From: Selaginella moellendorffii
Taxonomy: Eukaryota; Plantae; Lycopodiophyta
Length of the DNA stretch: 64,000 nt
Direction of reading: 5' to 3'
Assembly: GCF_000143415.4 (NCBI RefSeq)
Contig: NW_003314365.1
Coordinates: 1 to 64,000 of the forward strand
The notes under the pieces were generated by a model. It made no database searches. It was not told the DNA's origin and was given only the letters and a program-made list of their open reading frames with translations. Below, in pieces: positions 48,799 through 60,852 of the stretch (within the stretch, counting starts at the first letter, position 1; each line of letters starts with the position of its first letter). The position numbers were made by a program, and so were the translations under genes.

Positions 48799-51778
48799 TT
48801 TCTGTGGTCGAAGTGCTCGCCCCGTTAGGGTTCTTGAAACCTGTAACTGTTGGTTGGCTGATTGTGTGGTGCTCGATTGTTGGTGATGAATGGTAGAGAT
48901 TTGTTGACGGAATTGATGTGGTTTGATTTGGCTTGATTGCAGATCAATGGTGGATATTGCTGATGAAGTTAACTCAAGTTCAACTATTGATATTTGCTCA
49001 GGTGGCGTTGATCCAACAGTAGCTTGGTACTTAGAGATTTTTGCTGCTGTTTATTGCTGAAGTTGGTGGATGAGTTCGTGTTGAGTTGAGTTGAGTTGTG
49101 TCGAACTGATTTGAGTTAAAGTTTGTCTGCTGGGGTGAGTGTCGATTGTTGGTTTTGGGGTGTTTGTCAGTTTGGGTCGGAAATTTGCTGAGGTGCTGAT
49201 GCTGAATATGTAGATGTGATATGGTTGAAGCTTGTTGAGATTGACGATCTCAATGAAGTCTTCAGTGAGTGTGCTGACTTTGGCGGTGCCGTTGGGGTAT
49301 AGTTCAATGATTTTGAAAGGTCCTTGCCATTTGGTGTGGAGTTTTTGGCCAAGTTTGCCGATGGGCCTTGGTATCAGAGAACATGATCGTCGACGCTGTA
49401 TTTGGGAATGTTATACCGGGATGCTTGTCGGTCGTGCCAAGCTTTTCTCTGTTTTTGGACGGCGTGAAGTGTCCAGAGGGCGTTGAGTCGGAGTTCGTCG
49501 AGATGTTCGAGTTGCTGAAGCCTTTCTCGAACTGCATGTTGCTGTTGCTTTCGCTGTGGCATATTGGAGAGGTATTGCTTCGGCCCACTTGGTAGTGTAT
49601 TCGGTGGTGACGATGATGTACTGATTTCGTTGATGGGTGCTGACTTGGGGTCCGACGAAGTCAAGTCCTTATTTCTGAAATGGTGCCATTGGGAATGTTG
49701 GGTTGAGTTGTTGAGTTTGAGGTTTTTGGCAGTAATCGGTGTTGGTTGACAGTATGTAGTGTTGGAACTTTTGAAGTGAGTAGATCATGCCAAGAGCTTC
49801 TTTCTTGGTGGTGGTGTAATTTCATTCAGCTGGGTTGAGTAGTCAGCTGGCGTAGTAGATTGGTTGATCTCGGTTGTTGTGTTGAGTTTGGCTGAGAATT
49901 GCACTAGTGACAATGTCGGAAGTGTCGACATGAATGTGGAACTCTTGTGTCCAGTTGGGCTTGGAAAGGATTGATGCTGTTGTTAGTTTGAGTCGGAGAT
50001 TGTCGAATGCTTGTTGCTGTTCAAATGTCCATGTCCATTGGGCATCTTGCTTCAATCCATTGGTGAGTGGTTTGGCAATGTGAGCGTACTTGTGGATGAA
50101 TCGTCGGTGATATCCGACTTTGCCGAGGAAGCGCTGAAGTTCTTTGTCGGGGTTGAGTGCTATGTCTTTGTTCTCCTCGCACTTGTTGAGGCATTTCTCC
50201 AGGCATTCAAGATGTCGATCTTCCGAGCTGAAAACGCTGAAGTCGTCCATGAAGACTCTCATGAAGTCGGTGAGGTATTCTCGGAAAGTGTTGGTGACGA
50301 GCCTTTGGAAGGTGAATGGGGCGTTGTAGAGTCCAAAAGGCATTCGTCGGTAAGCATAGGCTCCCCATGGACTGATGAATGCTGTCTTGTGCTGATCTTC
50401 TTCGGCAATGTAAATTTGGTTGTAGCCAGAGAAACCATCGAGGAAGGAGTACATCTCGTGTCCGGAGACTACGTCAAGAACTTCATTGGTAAACGGTATC
50501 GGGAAAACATCTTTTTCAGTGGCGTCGTTGAGGTGTTTATAGTTGACGCAGATTCGAAGTTTGCCATTTTTCTTCGGCACAACCACCAATGGTGAAAGCC
50601 ATATCAGATTCTGAATCGAGTAGATGTACTCGACTTGGAGAAGCTTGTCGAGTTCTTTCTTTACTTGTTCCATCAGATTTGGATTCATCCGATAGGCTGC
50701 TTGTCTTCTTGGTTTTGAGTATGGAAGAAGGGTGATGGTGTGAAGGCTGAGTTTTGGCAAAATTCCCTTAAGGTCACGATAACTCCAAGCGAACAAGTGT
50801 TTCTTCTTTCGGAGAAGATTGATGCCTTTGTCTCAAAAACTTGCCGAGATGTCGGTGGCGAGTACAATGTAGTGTTCGTTGCCGTCATCGCCAAGGCTGA
50901 ATTTTTCGAGTTTTTGGTCGGCTGGAATTGATGGAATGTAGGCAACTTTGTTGTGGTTGTCGACTGTGAATGCCGGTGGCGCTTCGAGTTTTGTATCTCG
51001 AGTGACTGGATTTTTCAGTGCTGATGTAATCAGGGGTCGTTCTCATTGGAAGTCGGTGACAATTCGGAAGAGGTCGATCTCGGCCAAAGGTTCGAGATCG
51101 GGGTAGGCTTTGAGAATTTGTTGTTCTTCATAGTCGTTGAGGCCATCTTCGAGATTATATTCTTCCAAGTCAATAGGTTGGTTTTGGCTGGACAGCGATT
51201 TGGTCGCTTTTGTCAACACAGTTGTCGGTCTGTCTGGTCTGCAAAGGATAAGATTGTCATTGGGCCAATCTTGATAAACTTGGGCAGTTCGGAGCCAAGG
51301 TCAACCGAGGAAAATTGAGTATCCATTGGTCTGCTCTGGTAGTTTGAGGATGACATAGTTGACTGGTATTTCAGTGCCTTGAATGGTGGGGTTGACTTTT
51401 CGGATGATGCCTTTGGGTTGAATAGATCGGTGGTCGGCCATTCGGACATTGAAAGGTGCTGGGTGGACTGGGCCGATGTTGAGTTGTTGAACAAGACTTT
51501 CTTCAATAATATTAACGCTAGAGCCGCCGTCAATTATGGCTCCTCGAACAAGGTGTTTGTCGAGTCGTAGGTCAATTGTCAGAACATCATTGTCACAATC
51601 GCCTGGTTGAATCTCGGTTCGAAATGTGTCAACAGCTGTCTGTGTCGAGTTGAGTGTGGGCGAGTCTGTCAAAGTGTTGGTCTGTGCAGATGTTAGATCG
51701 GTGAGCTGTTTGGTGAGGTAGGGTGCAATCTTCAGCAGTTGGCCGATGGTGATCTGAATATTTTGGTTGAGGATAGTC

Positions 51779-53226
51779 TGTCGCGAATGTGACTTCGGGT
51801 ATCGAAAGTTACCTGTCGACTAGTCCTTACGGACACTCTTACCTTACTGCCACGATGGCAGGAGGTCGGTATTGCTGGACCCTTTATTAGTCCCTCTTGT
51901 TCAAGTGTTAGTAAACTGGGCTTAACACCTGTACTTAGCCAAATGGACATAAGGTAGGAACTCCTATGTGTTTCTAGCTGAGCATACTCAGCCTGGCTTT
52001 TAGTTCTCTTTTGGTCTGTCTTGCACTAGCTTGACAAGAACCCTCGCGTATTGAGATTAGTCCCTCAATATTGCTACATGATAACTTACCGTGTCTGCCA
52101 AACACCCTTGCTATCATGCCCTTTGTGTTAGTCTCATTTCGGTCCCAAATGCTATTTATGGAAAGTGTCTAGATTTGCTCATTTGGCATATCTACGGAAT
52201 GTAGAGATCGGCTTGAACACGATGGTGTTCGTCCCGTGTCCAAATTCGCAATCTAAGGACATTCCATATTTGGTAAGTTTCGAGCTTGTCCCAGAGACTA
52301 ACTCCTGATACTAAGGGAGGCTTGGGGTGAAAGCCCAAAGCGTGTGTTCCTCAAGGGGGGGGGGGGGGGGGGGGGGGTTTCGGGGGGGCGAGGGGGACTG
52401 GGGGGGGGCGACGCCACGGGGGGGGGAAGGGTCCAGCCGGGGGGGGGGGGGATGGATATAGTCCCGAGGGGGTGGTCGACGGGTGGGGGGGGGGGGGGGG
52501 TTGACCCGGGGGGGGGTGGGCAAGGGGCATCTGGAGGACGGAGAGGGGGGGGGGGCCACGGGGGGGTGGGGGGGGGGGGGAGGGGGGGGAGTGGTGGGGG
52601 GAGGCGGGGGGGGGGGGGGGGTCGGGACGAGGGGTGGGCTAGATAACGCACGGGGGGGGGGGGGGGGGGTTATGGGGGGTTCCAAATGTATAGTAGGGAT
52701 AGTGGGTAGGTCGGGCATGGCTGACCAACCTGAGGTATAGTCTAGCTCCTGCTTGCGTGCCTGTCCTTGTTCTGCGTCCGGCTTGGGTCTAAGCCCAAGT
52801 TCCATTCCATGCTAGTTGGTGGAGTACCCATATCCTTGCGTTAGGCCACCGGTATGCCGAAATAGCGCTAGACTCCGTTTGGCTCCGTTTTGCGTGCTGG
52901 TCCTGGCATTGGGATGCTGGTCGCTCCAGGATTGTTCCAAGTCGCTCCGAGCTCCCGTCCCTTCGCTCCTTGGGCTGTATGCTCGGGAGTTGCTCCGTGG
53001 TCCGGTTCCATCACTCCTTGGCGTCACGCTTGGGAGTTTGGCACCGTTCCTTCGTTCAGTGGCCCAAGGCCCTGAACCTCAGGTTCCTATGGACACGTGG
53101 CATGGACACGTGGTATGTGACACATGGCATCTGTCACGTGGCACAAAGAGGGTTTAGGTTCCGCTTCGTGGTGTTATCCTATGGTAAATCACCATAGGAT
53201 AAAGGGTCAAAACCACGTGCGCTACA
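51779..53226. mobile_element. Solo LTR of an unrelated retrotransposon family (1448 bp)
   Basis: TGTCGCG...CGCTACA termini. 5-bp TSD TAGTC (51774-51778 and 53227-53231). The empty site GGATAGTCTCTGC is intact in the other copies. No PBS or coding motifs. Confidence 0.9.
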
Positions 53227-56200
53227 TAGTCTCTACTACTTCTTGGATTTTGTCGAAGTTTGCCAAATTGTGTTCTGGTGTCACTGTCGATGTTGGACGA
53301 TTTGTCTGTCGGTTTTCTGGTACTGAGTCTTGGCATTGTTGTCGAGCTGGTGATGGTTGAGCTTCATTGTCGGAGTCTAAAATTACTAATTCGGGTGGTT
53401 GTAGAGCGAGTTGCCGTTGTATCTTGGCGGCTAACTTCTGCTTCTTTTCCCATTCCCAGAGTTTTGTCGGGCTCTCAAGGCCTTTCTCTTTACTATCTCC
53501 AGAATCTCTGTCTAGTTGTTGTTGTTTTTCTGCTTGAATTTGTGCTCGGGTTTGTACTGCCATGACTTGAGGATCTGAGTCATCATTGTCAGCATAAGGT
53601 AGTTCGTCGGTCTCGACCATCCTTGTTGTTGGTGGTTGCTGCTGGTTTTGATCTTGTTGTCGAGGAGGCGGTGGACCAAGTCTCGGCGGACCGCCTTGGT
53701 TTTGAAGTCGAGGTTGCCATGCTCGGTTGTTATAGTTGCCTTGGTAGCCATGGTCTTGATAACCTTGGCCTTGGTATCTTCGGTTTTGGTATCTTGGGTA
53801 TTGTTGGTATCCTTGGTTGTAGTTGTCTCGGTTTGCTGGGTAGTTCCAGTTCGGCGGGTGTTGTTGATCGTTGTAGTTGTTGTTGTAGTTGTTGTTGTAA
53901 TTGTTGTAATTATTGTAGCGAGGTTGATCATTCCATTGTCGACTCTGGTGTTGGAAGTTGTTTCTTAGCAATCTCCAGTTTGTTGGAGGTGGTGGCTGGT
54001 AATTGTTGAAGTATTGATTTGGATATGGTTTTTGAAATTGCTGTCGGGGATAGTTCGAGACTTGTCAAACTTCTGGAGAATTTCAAAATCTGCAAGTTTT
54101 GGCATCATGACCTTCTTTGGTACAGATCTGGCATTTGGAGATTTGGAGCTTGTAGTCACTTGCCAGATGTCCTTCGTTCTTGCACTTAGTACACCAAATT
54201 CTAGATCAAAATTCTTTGATGTCGGCCTTGGCTTTTCCCTTGAGCTTGTCGATTGTTTTCTTGAGTTTCCGAAGTTTTGACTTGGTGCTCTCTCCAAGTT
54301 CATCTCGGAGTTGTTGTCCGAACTGCTATCAGAATCTGAGTTATCTGTGTCATCTACTTGTGCTGTCATTCGTCGAGCTTGAACATCTTGATGGGCTCTT
54401 GTGAGTTCGAGATAAGTGGCAACGTTGATGTGCATTGCTGCTTCTCAGAGGGATCGTTGGAGTCCTTGCATGTACCATTGGTAAAGTAATGTTTCGGTGG
54501 CACTGTTGCCTCATTTGCTAGCATGTTGAGTGAAGGTTTGAGTGTAGTTGTCGATGGATTGACCAGACTTCTACTTGAGTTTTTGGATCTTGTGATTGAG
54601 TGAGGGAAGACTTGAATTGGTCTATGAGCTTGAGTGCGAGGTCGTTGAAACTTGTATTTTGAGGAAGCGTTTGAGCCCATTTGTTGGCTCTCTTTCGAAA
54701 GGGTACATCAGAAATAGTATGGAAGTTCAGTCGTCTGGCTGTTGATTTGGATTGCTTCTCGGAACTGTTCAACATGTTTCTTGGCATCTTCTGACTTCAG
54801 ACCATGAAATAGTGGATAAGAGACGTGTCTTCCGATAGGTATGTTGGCGACGGCGGTAGTGACTGCCATTTGCTGTTGGTAGTAATGTTGGTATTGTCGA
54901 GGTTGTTTTGTCAGGTTGTCACCATGGAGTCCTAAGGTGATTTGTAGCAAGGGGTTGTCGAGGTCAATAGCAAAGTTGGTGTAAGAAGAAGGTGGTGAAT
55001 TGTTGTTGTTATTTAGTGGACTCTTCTCTGTTTTTTCTTCTATGTTGGGACTGTTTTTGGGTGTGTCATTGACGTCGTCGTCAGTATCGGGTTGCTTGCC
55101 GGTGTTGATTTTTGGAAGATGGTGCTCAAACTTGTTGTCGATGTATTTGTCAGAGTTATGTTGTCTTGGTTGTGGTTGTTCTTCTAAATTGTCAAAGAGT
55201 TCTTCGAATGTATAGTTGTGTGGTGATTGTGGTTGCTGTGGAAGATTGTTGTCGTCGTCGACGATTGGTTTGTCGATCTCGTTGTTGTTTGATGATTGGA
55301 GCTGTTTGGCAGTTTGGTGTGAGTTGTTGACATCGAGTGCTTGACTATTGGACGATTCAGGTTGTTCATCTTTACTGCTGTTGACTGAGTATATCGGAGT
55401 GCGACTGTAATTGGTGAAGTCGAGTTGTTGTCTCGTCAGCGTGTTGAAGTTGAAAGCGTGTTCGAAAGATCTTGCTGATAGTGGGCTTCGGTAGATGTTG
55501 GAAGCAAATGTGGNNNNNNNNNNNNNNNNNNNNNNNNNNNNNNNNNNNNNNNNNNNNNNNNNNNNNNNNNNNNNNNNNNNNNNNNNNNNNNNNNNNNNNN
55601 NNNNNNNNNNNNNNNNNNNNNNNNNNNNNNNNNNNNNNNNNNNNNNNNNNNNNNNNNNNNNNNNNNNNNNNNNNNNNNNNNNNNNNNNNNNNNNNNNNNN
55701 NNNNNNNNNNNNNNNNNNNNNNNNNNNNNNNNNNNNNNNNNNNNNNNNNNNNNNNNNNNNNNNNNNNNNNNNNNNNNNNNNNNNNNNNNNNNNNNNNNNN
55801 NNNNNNNNNNNNNNNNNNNNNNNNNNNNNNNNNNNNNNNNNNNNNNNNNNNNNNNNNNNNNNNNNNNNNNNNNNNNNNNNNNNNNNNNNNNNNNNNNNNN
55901 NNNNNNNNNNNNNNNNNNNNNNNNNNNNNNNNNNNNNCTCTTAGTCTTTCTTTCTCTTTGTTTCTAAATTCTTCAAATCTCTATCTAAACTTCGGATAAG
56001 CCGTTGTCGGTCTTCTTCCGACTTTCTCGATGTTCTTCGTGGTTTTGGATACATGCATTCTTCTACTGGTTGTTGGTGTCAGATTTGTGTCTGCAGTCAA
56101 TCATGCAGTTCGGGTAGAACTTCGGGAAGACTGTCGGCAGGCCAATTGTCGATAAAGTCGTTGTGAGGTTGTTATTTCTTTTCTATGCAAATATTGACGG

Positions 56201-57772
56201 TGGTGCGTGTTGGGTTGTGTTCAGCCGAGTTGTGTTGGGTCGAGTGTGCTGGTGCAGTATGCAGACTGGTCTTCCACTTGCTGGTGCCGAGATGGAGTTT
56301 GATGAAGAGTTTCGGATATTTGGGTTTGTCTGGAATGATTTCTTCAATAATGTCGTCGAGTTGTTCGAGTCCAGATTGGGTGATGGCGTGATTGGCAAGA
56401 GTTGTTGCAGCGAACGTGTTGATTTTGAACCGAGTTCGGACTGTTGTTTTGGTGCTGAGCTGCTGACTCTATCGGAGGGGTTGTCGAAAAATTGGTGGTG
56501 CGTTGTCAAGTTGTCCCTCGACAAGTTCTCTGATACCGGGTAATAGAGTGATGGGTTCGTTGTTGGTGTAGGTTCTGAGGATGTGCTTCGGTATTTGGAG
56601 TGGACGCAGGAATTGGAATTGTGTCGGAGCACTAGGATTGCTGGGTCGACGACTGCACGGAAGATGAGTTCGTTTCAGTAGTGGTGTCGGTTTGTGTCGA
56701 GCGCGCTGGTTGAGGTCTCGAGCTTGGAGTGGGTGGTCTTGTGCTCGGAGATGGAGTTCGCCAATGAAGCTGTTGAGGGTGTCCGCTGATGAAGGTGCTG
56801 GTAGATTGGAGTTTCTTGTCAAAGAGGGCTGTTGGTGGTCTTTGTTGGTGATTGGACTCAGAGATTGAGTGAGAGAGCTTTCAGATTCTGCAAAGATCTC
56901 CTCTGAGAAGGGTCTGCCTCTACTGCGTTGGGCGGCGATCACTTGGACGCCATTGATCCATATTGGTGGTGGCATTTGTTTGTTGAATTTGGGCGAATTG
57001 GGTGGCGAATTGGGTAGCAAATTGGGTGGCAAATTGGGTAGCGAATTTTGGCGAGTTGGGTAGATTGCTTGATCGTTCTTGCTATCTGCGCACAAAGAAT
57101 GGAGAAAGAATGGAAGAATTTGTGAACCTAAAAGGGAATTCAAAAGCCATGGTTGCCAAATGAAGAGGTGTGAAAACTCCTCTTGGCTGGAAATCTATTG
57201 TTAGTAAGAAAACAAAAGAGAAAAAAGCCCAATCTCCAAGGGCAGAGAAGAAGCATGAGAAAAAGAATGCTATGTATTAATAAGAAAAATGATGGAATGG
57301 AGATAGGGATCCACAATTCGGATTCCCCCTTTTGAAAGGCTAGTGGTTCTAACTGCTAGCATATACTATATGCTGTGCATGATTTAATCTATGGCTCCGA
57401 TGCAACCCTGGGTTCAAAGTCGGAGTCCCCTGAGCCTGGGTTTTTGGTTAATACACGATGTGTCGAGTGTAGTGTTTTGCGTAAGCTTGTGGGTGTGACT
57501 AGGCTAGTGGAGTCATGTTTTAAAGCTTCTCCTTGTCCCTTACCATGCTCGCAGTGGCTTAACATACCCATGAGCAGTTNNNNNNNNNNNNNNNNNNNNN
57601 NNNNNNNNNNNNNNNNNNNNNNNNNNNNNNNNNNNNNNNNNNNNNNNNNNNNNNNNNNNNNNNNNNNNNNNNNNNNNNNNNNNNNNNNNNNNNNNNNNNN
57701 NNNNNNNNNNNNNNNNTGCTCGATCAAGGCTCTCACAACGTACTCGGGACTAGACTACAGTGGATATCACTG

Positions 57773-58410
57773 ATGCAACATGGCCGTTTGCGACAAGAGA
57801 AATGCTGGTCACGTCTTTCGAACTGCAGCTACCTGAATTGGATGCCGTGGTTGGCTGCTTGCGAACAGTTAAGCTATCAATCACTGTGCCTCTTTTGTTA
57901 TTTTATTCACTCCAATGGTGGTGATTTGCCAGGTCCCCCAGGAAGCAGAGACTATCGTCAAGGAGACCATCCATGGTTTTAATGCTTCTCATTTGCCTCC
58001 TCCAAAAGAGGGCGTCATTCGCATGGAAGCCAACGGTGGATTCATCCTCCAGAAGATTAGCGACGAGAAATGCTACATAAGGTACGCTATTAGTTTTTTT
58101 TTTTTTTTTGTTTTCTTCTTAAGATAGTCACTACTACTTTTACAGAGCAGTAATACACCTGGACCTTAAGCTCGACCTTGTTCCGACATGGGTGATTAAC
58201 TTCCTTGGGCGTCAAGTTGTGGGACACGGCTTCAGGCTATACCTCAAGGTATATTTCTTTCCTTTTGGGGTGAAAAATGTCTAAACTTTGTGTGTTACAA
58301 CAGACTGTTTCTTCTGTTAAAGAGAGCAAAGTGTTTCAAGAATGCATCAGGCAACAGCCACTCTACAGCCGCATAACGTTACAGATGCTACCAAAATCGA
58401 GCCACGAAAA
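57773..58410 (+). pseudogene. START-domain gene fragment, duplicate of 25648-26290
   Basis: Near-identical sequence and exon layout. Confidence 0.65.
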
Positions 58411-60852
58411 TGGATACAAGAGTTGAGGTGCTTTTCATAAGAAGTATTCATAAGCTTCCTGCACAAGAGCATTTACATTTATAAACAATTTATAAACAAA
58501 GAAGAGCTTGAGGCCCACCGATACTCCTGAAAAGTCCGAACTTATTCATGAGACATATGCAAGGTGGGTTTTATAAGATTTCTGTTGTTTTGCATGTCTA
58601 GAAAAATCTGCTGCAGTCAAGCTCAAGAAAGAAACCATTCTCTTCTCGATGGAATGAAACTCTCACTTTGTCCATGCTCTGGCGAGGCCATGGCAAACAA
58701 AACGGGTTGGATGGACTCTGCATCTCAATCTGAGCAAGCAGCTGATGCAGAAGCTATTTTTGAGAAACAAAGTATAAGTATGCTGCAACAAGAACCAGCA
58801 ACATCCGTTTAAGATATTGTTCTGGAAGATGGCTTGTCTGAGCTCGAGTTTGATTTGATCCCGGCACCATGGTCCCGGGAATCTATTCTTCACTTGGTTG
58901 TCCAAGCTGGAGGTCCATAGGTTTGGATCCTTTCAAATCCTCGGGGCGTGAGACTCTGGAGCTCCAAGTTTTGATGCCTTCTCTTGGCAATAATATAATA
59001 TATTGCTCTGAAACCGTGAAAGCTTACTCACCCGCAAACAAAACTCCAGGGTTGCACCAGACATCCAATAAACCTGTGAGAGCCTTGACCAAGCTCAAAC
59101 TCAATCAGCTCAGAGCAAGCTTTCTCAAAAGTTTCCAAAGAGCAGATGGCATAACACAAAAAACGTATACCAGGTCACCAACTCATCTCATCACAAGTTG
59201 CGTTGTGGTCACTCCACGCCTTGGATGTTGATGAACTACAGGCCTCCATTTTATCTTGGAAAATGCTCGAGGCCAAAGGGTGGCGAAGATGAGGAATGAA
59301 GCGATCTGGACTGGACAAGAGTATAAGCAAAATGAGCACGAGAAGAACCACACATACCGCGGAAAAGCAGTGCTTGTGCTTGTGAGCCTAGTTTGAAGAT
59401 GTCTGAGACTGAGAAGAAAGACCATGCTGCTCGACTCATAGAGCACGCCCGGCAGCAGCACACCGCCCGGGTAAAGAGCCCCCTGGATCGAAAATGTGCA
59501 GCAGTAGCGTATAATGGCAATGGCGGTGGTTTTCCATGGCATCGTTCTTGAGCCTTGACGAGGAGGTGCCATCCAGCGAAGATTTGCAGGAAGGAGGAGC
59601 GATCTCCAGCGGTGGGCGCCTGGGCGAGAATGCGGTGAGCACAGATCTGGGAGGGGGAAGGCGCATCCACGAGGAAAATCGTCTCCAGCGGCCTCGAGGT
59701 TCCTTGCTAATCTGGTCATAGAAAGGTATGGAAAGTGCGGGCGCTGGAAATCTTCCAGAAGATGAAAGATCGAGGTTCTTTCTCGTGGAAGATTGCGATC
59801 GCGGCATTTGCCCTTGTTACTCTTTTTCGAGCATCCAGTTATTTCCCTTGGCAGCTATCAATGCCGATCCGCGCGCTAATCATCGCCGCGTTACGGTGCT
59901 CCGTTGGCGAGCATGCCATCGCCGAGATCTTCTTCTGCCAAGAACTGGACAGACACTTGCATCGGGTGGAACCAGGGCATTGCCGTGTGAGCTCGAGACT
60001 GGCATCCCAGCCTGATCGGCGCCACATCCCAATCGCCGCCCCAAGCTCCAATTACTACAACGACAAGCCAAAGATGGTGACGGTGTTATTGTCTCAGCTC
60101 CAGGATTGCGAGGAGATCAGACAGCAGGGGTATGGCCTCCTCCAAAGGCCGTGGTTGATTTACCCTCCAGCAGTAGTCTTTCAACCAGGCCTGGAGCGGG
60201 CCTTCTGCCAACTTAAGTCGAGGTTCCTGGTGTTTCTCACCATGTGTTTCTCACCTGGATCTCCGCCACATCGCCATTGATAGCTGCAAGAATTCGATCG
60301 ACGAGCATTTGCTGGGCAAATGCGTTCCAGAAGAAAACATTTCCATCTTCCATTTTGTGGAGGACACCCAAGGCATCCACAGTGCACCCGCACTTTCCAT
60401 ACATTTCCATGATGAAATTCGCGAGGAATCTATGACGATCAGAGCAGCGTCTCCTCCTCGTCGTCAAGAACAATGCGATGGAACCATTCATTAACTACAG
60501 GTAAGCTTCGTCAAAATAGCAAATGTCGCAAGGACAGCGATAGCAGAGGTGACGCTGCCACCATTGGGCGACCTGGATAACGATACGCTGCTCTGCACTT
60601 TTGCTCGCATTCCAACAAGGAAGTTCCTCACCCGAGCAGTGCTTGTCTGCTGCGCTTGGCTGGATGATCCGGTCTGGCTCAAACCAAGACAAGCCTTCAA
60701 ACAATACCTCGCAAAGCAAGCATCACAAGCATTGCTTTTGTGATTTAAAGCGGTATGTATATACTCTTGTCCAGATTGCTCAAGAACACACAAGAGACTG
60801 TCTTGAGCTTCATTCCTCACCTTTGCCACCTTTCGATTTTCGCCAAGCAATG

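Larger units (their letters stand above)
43684..57455 (-). mobile_element. Ty3/gypsy copy C, both LTRs present, 5-bp TSD CGATG
   Basis: LTRs at 43684-43957 and 57161-57455. CGATG at 43679-43683 and 57456-57460. RT-RH ORF 49843..50796, protease AIIDGGSSVNII 51301..51672. Interrupted by a hAT element and a solo LTR. Confidence 0.95.

Noticed and set aside
52298-52805. Proline-rich extensin/formin-like or glycine-rich ORFs
   Set aside because: These are translations of the poly-G tract inside a TSD-flanked solo LTR.
55472-55999. ORFs spanning N runs
   Set aside because: Artefacts of assembly gaps.
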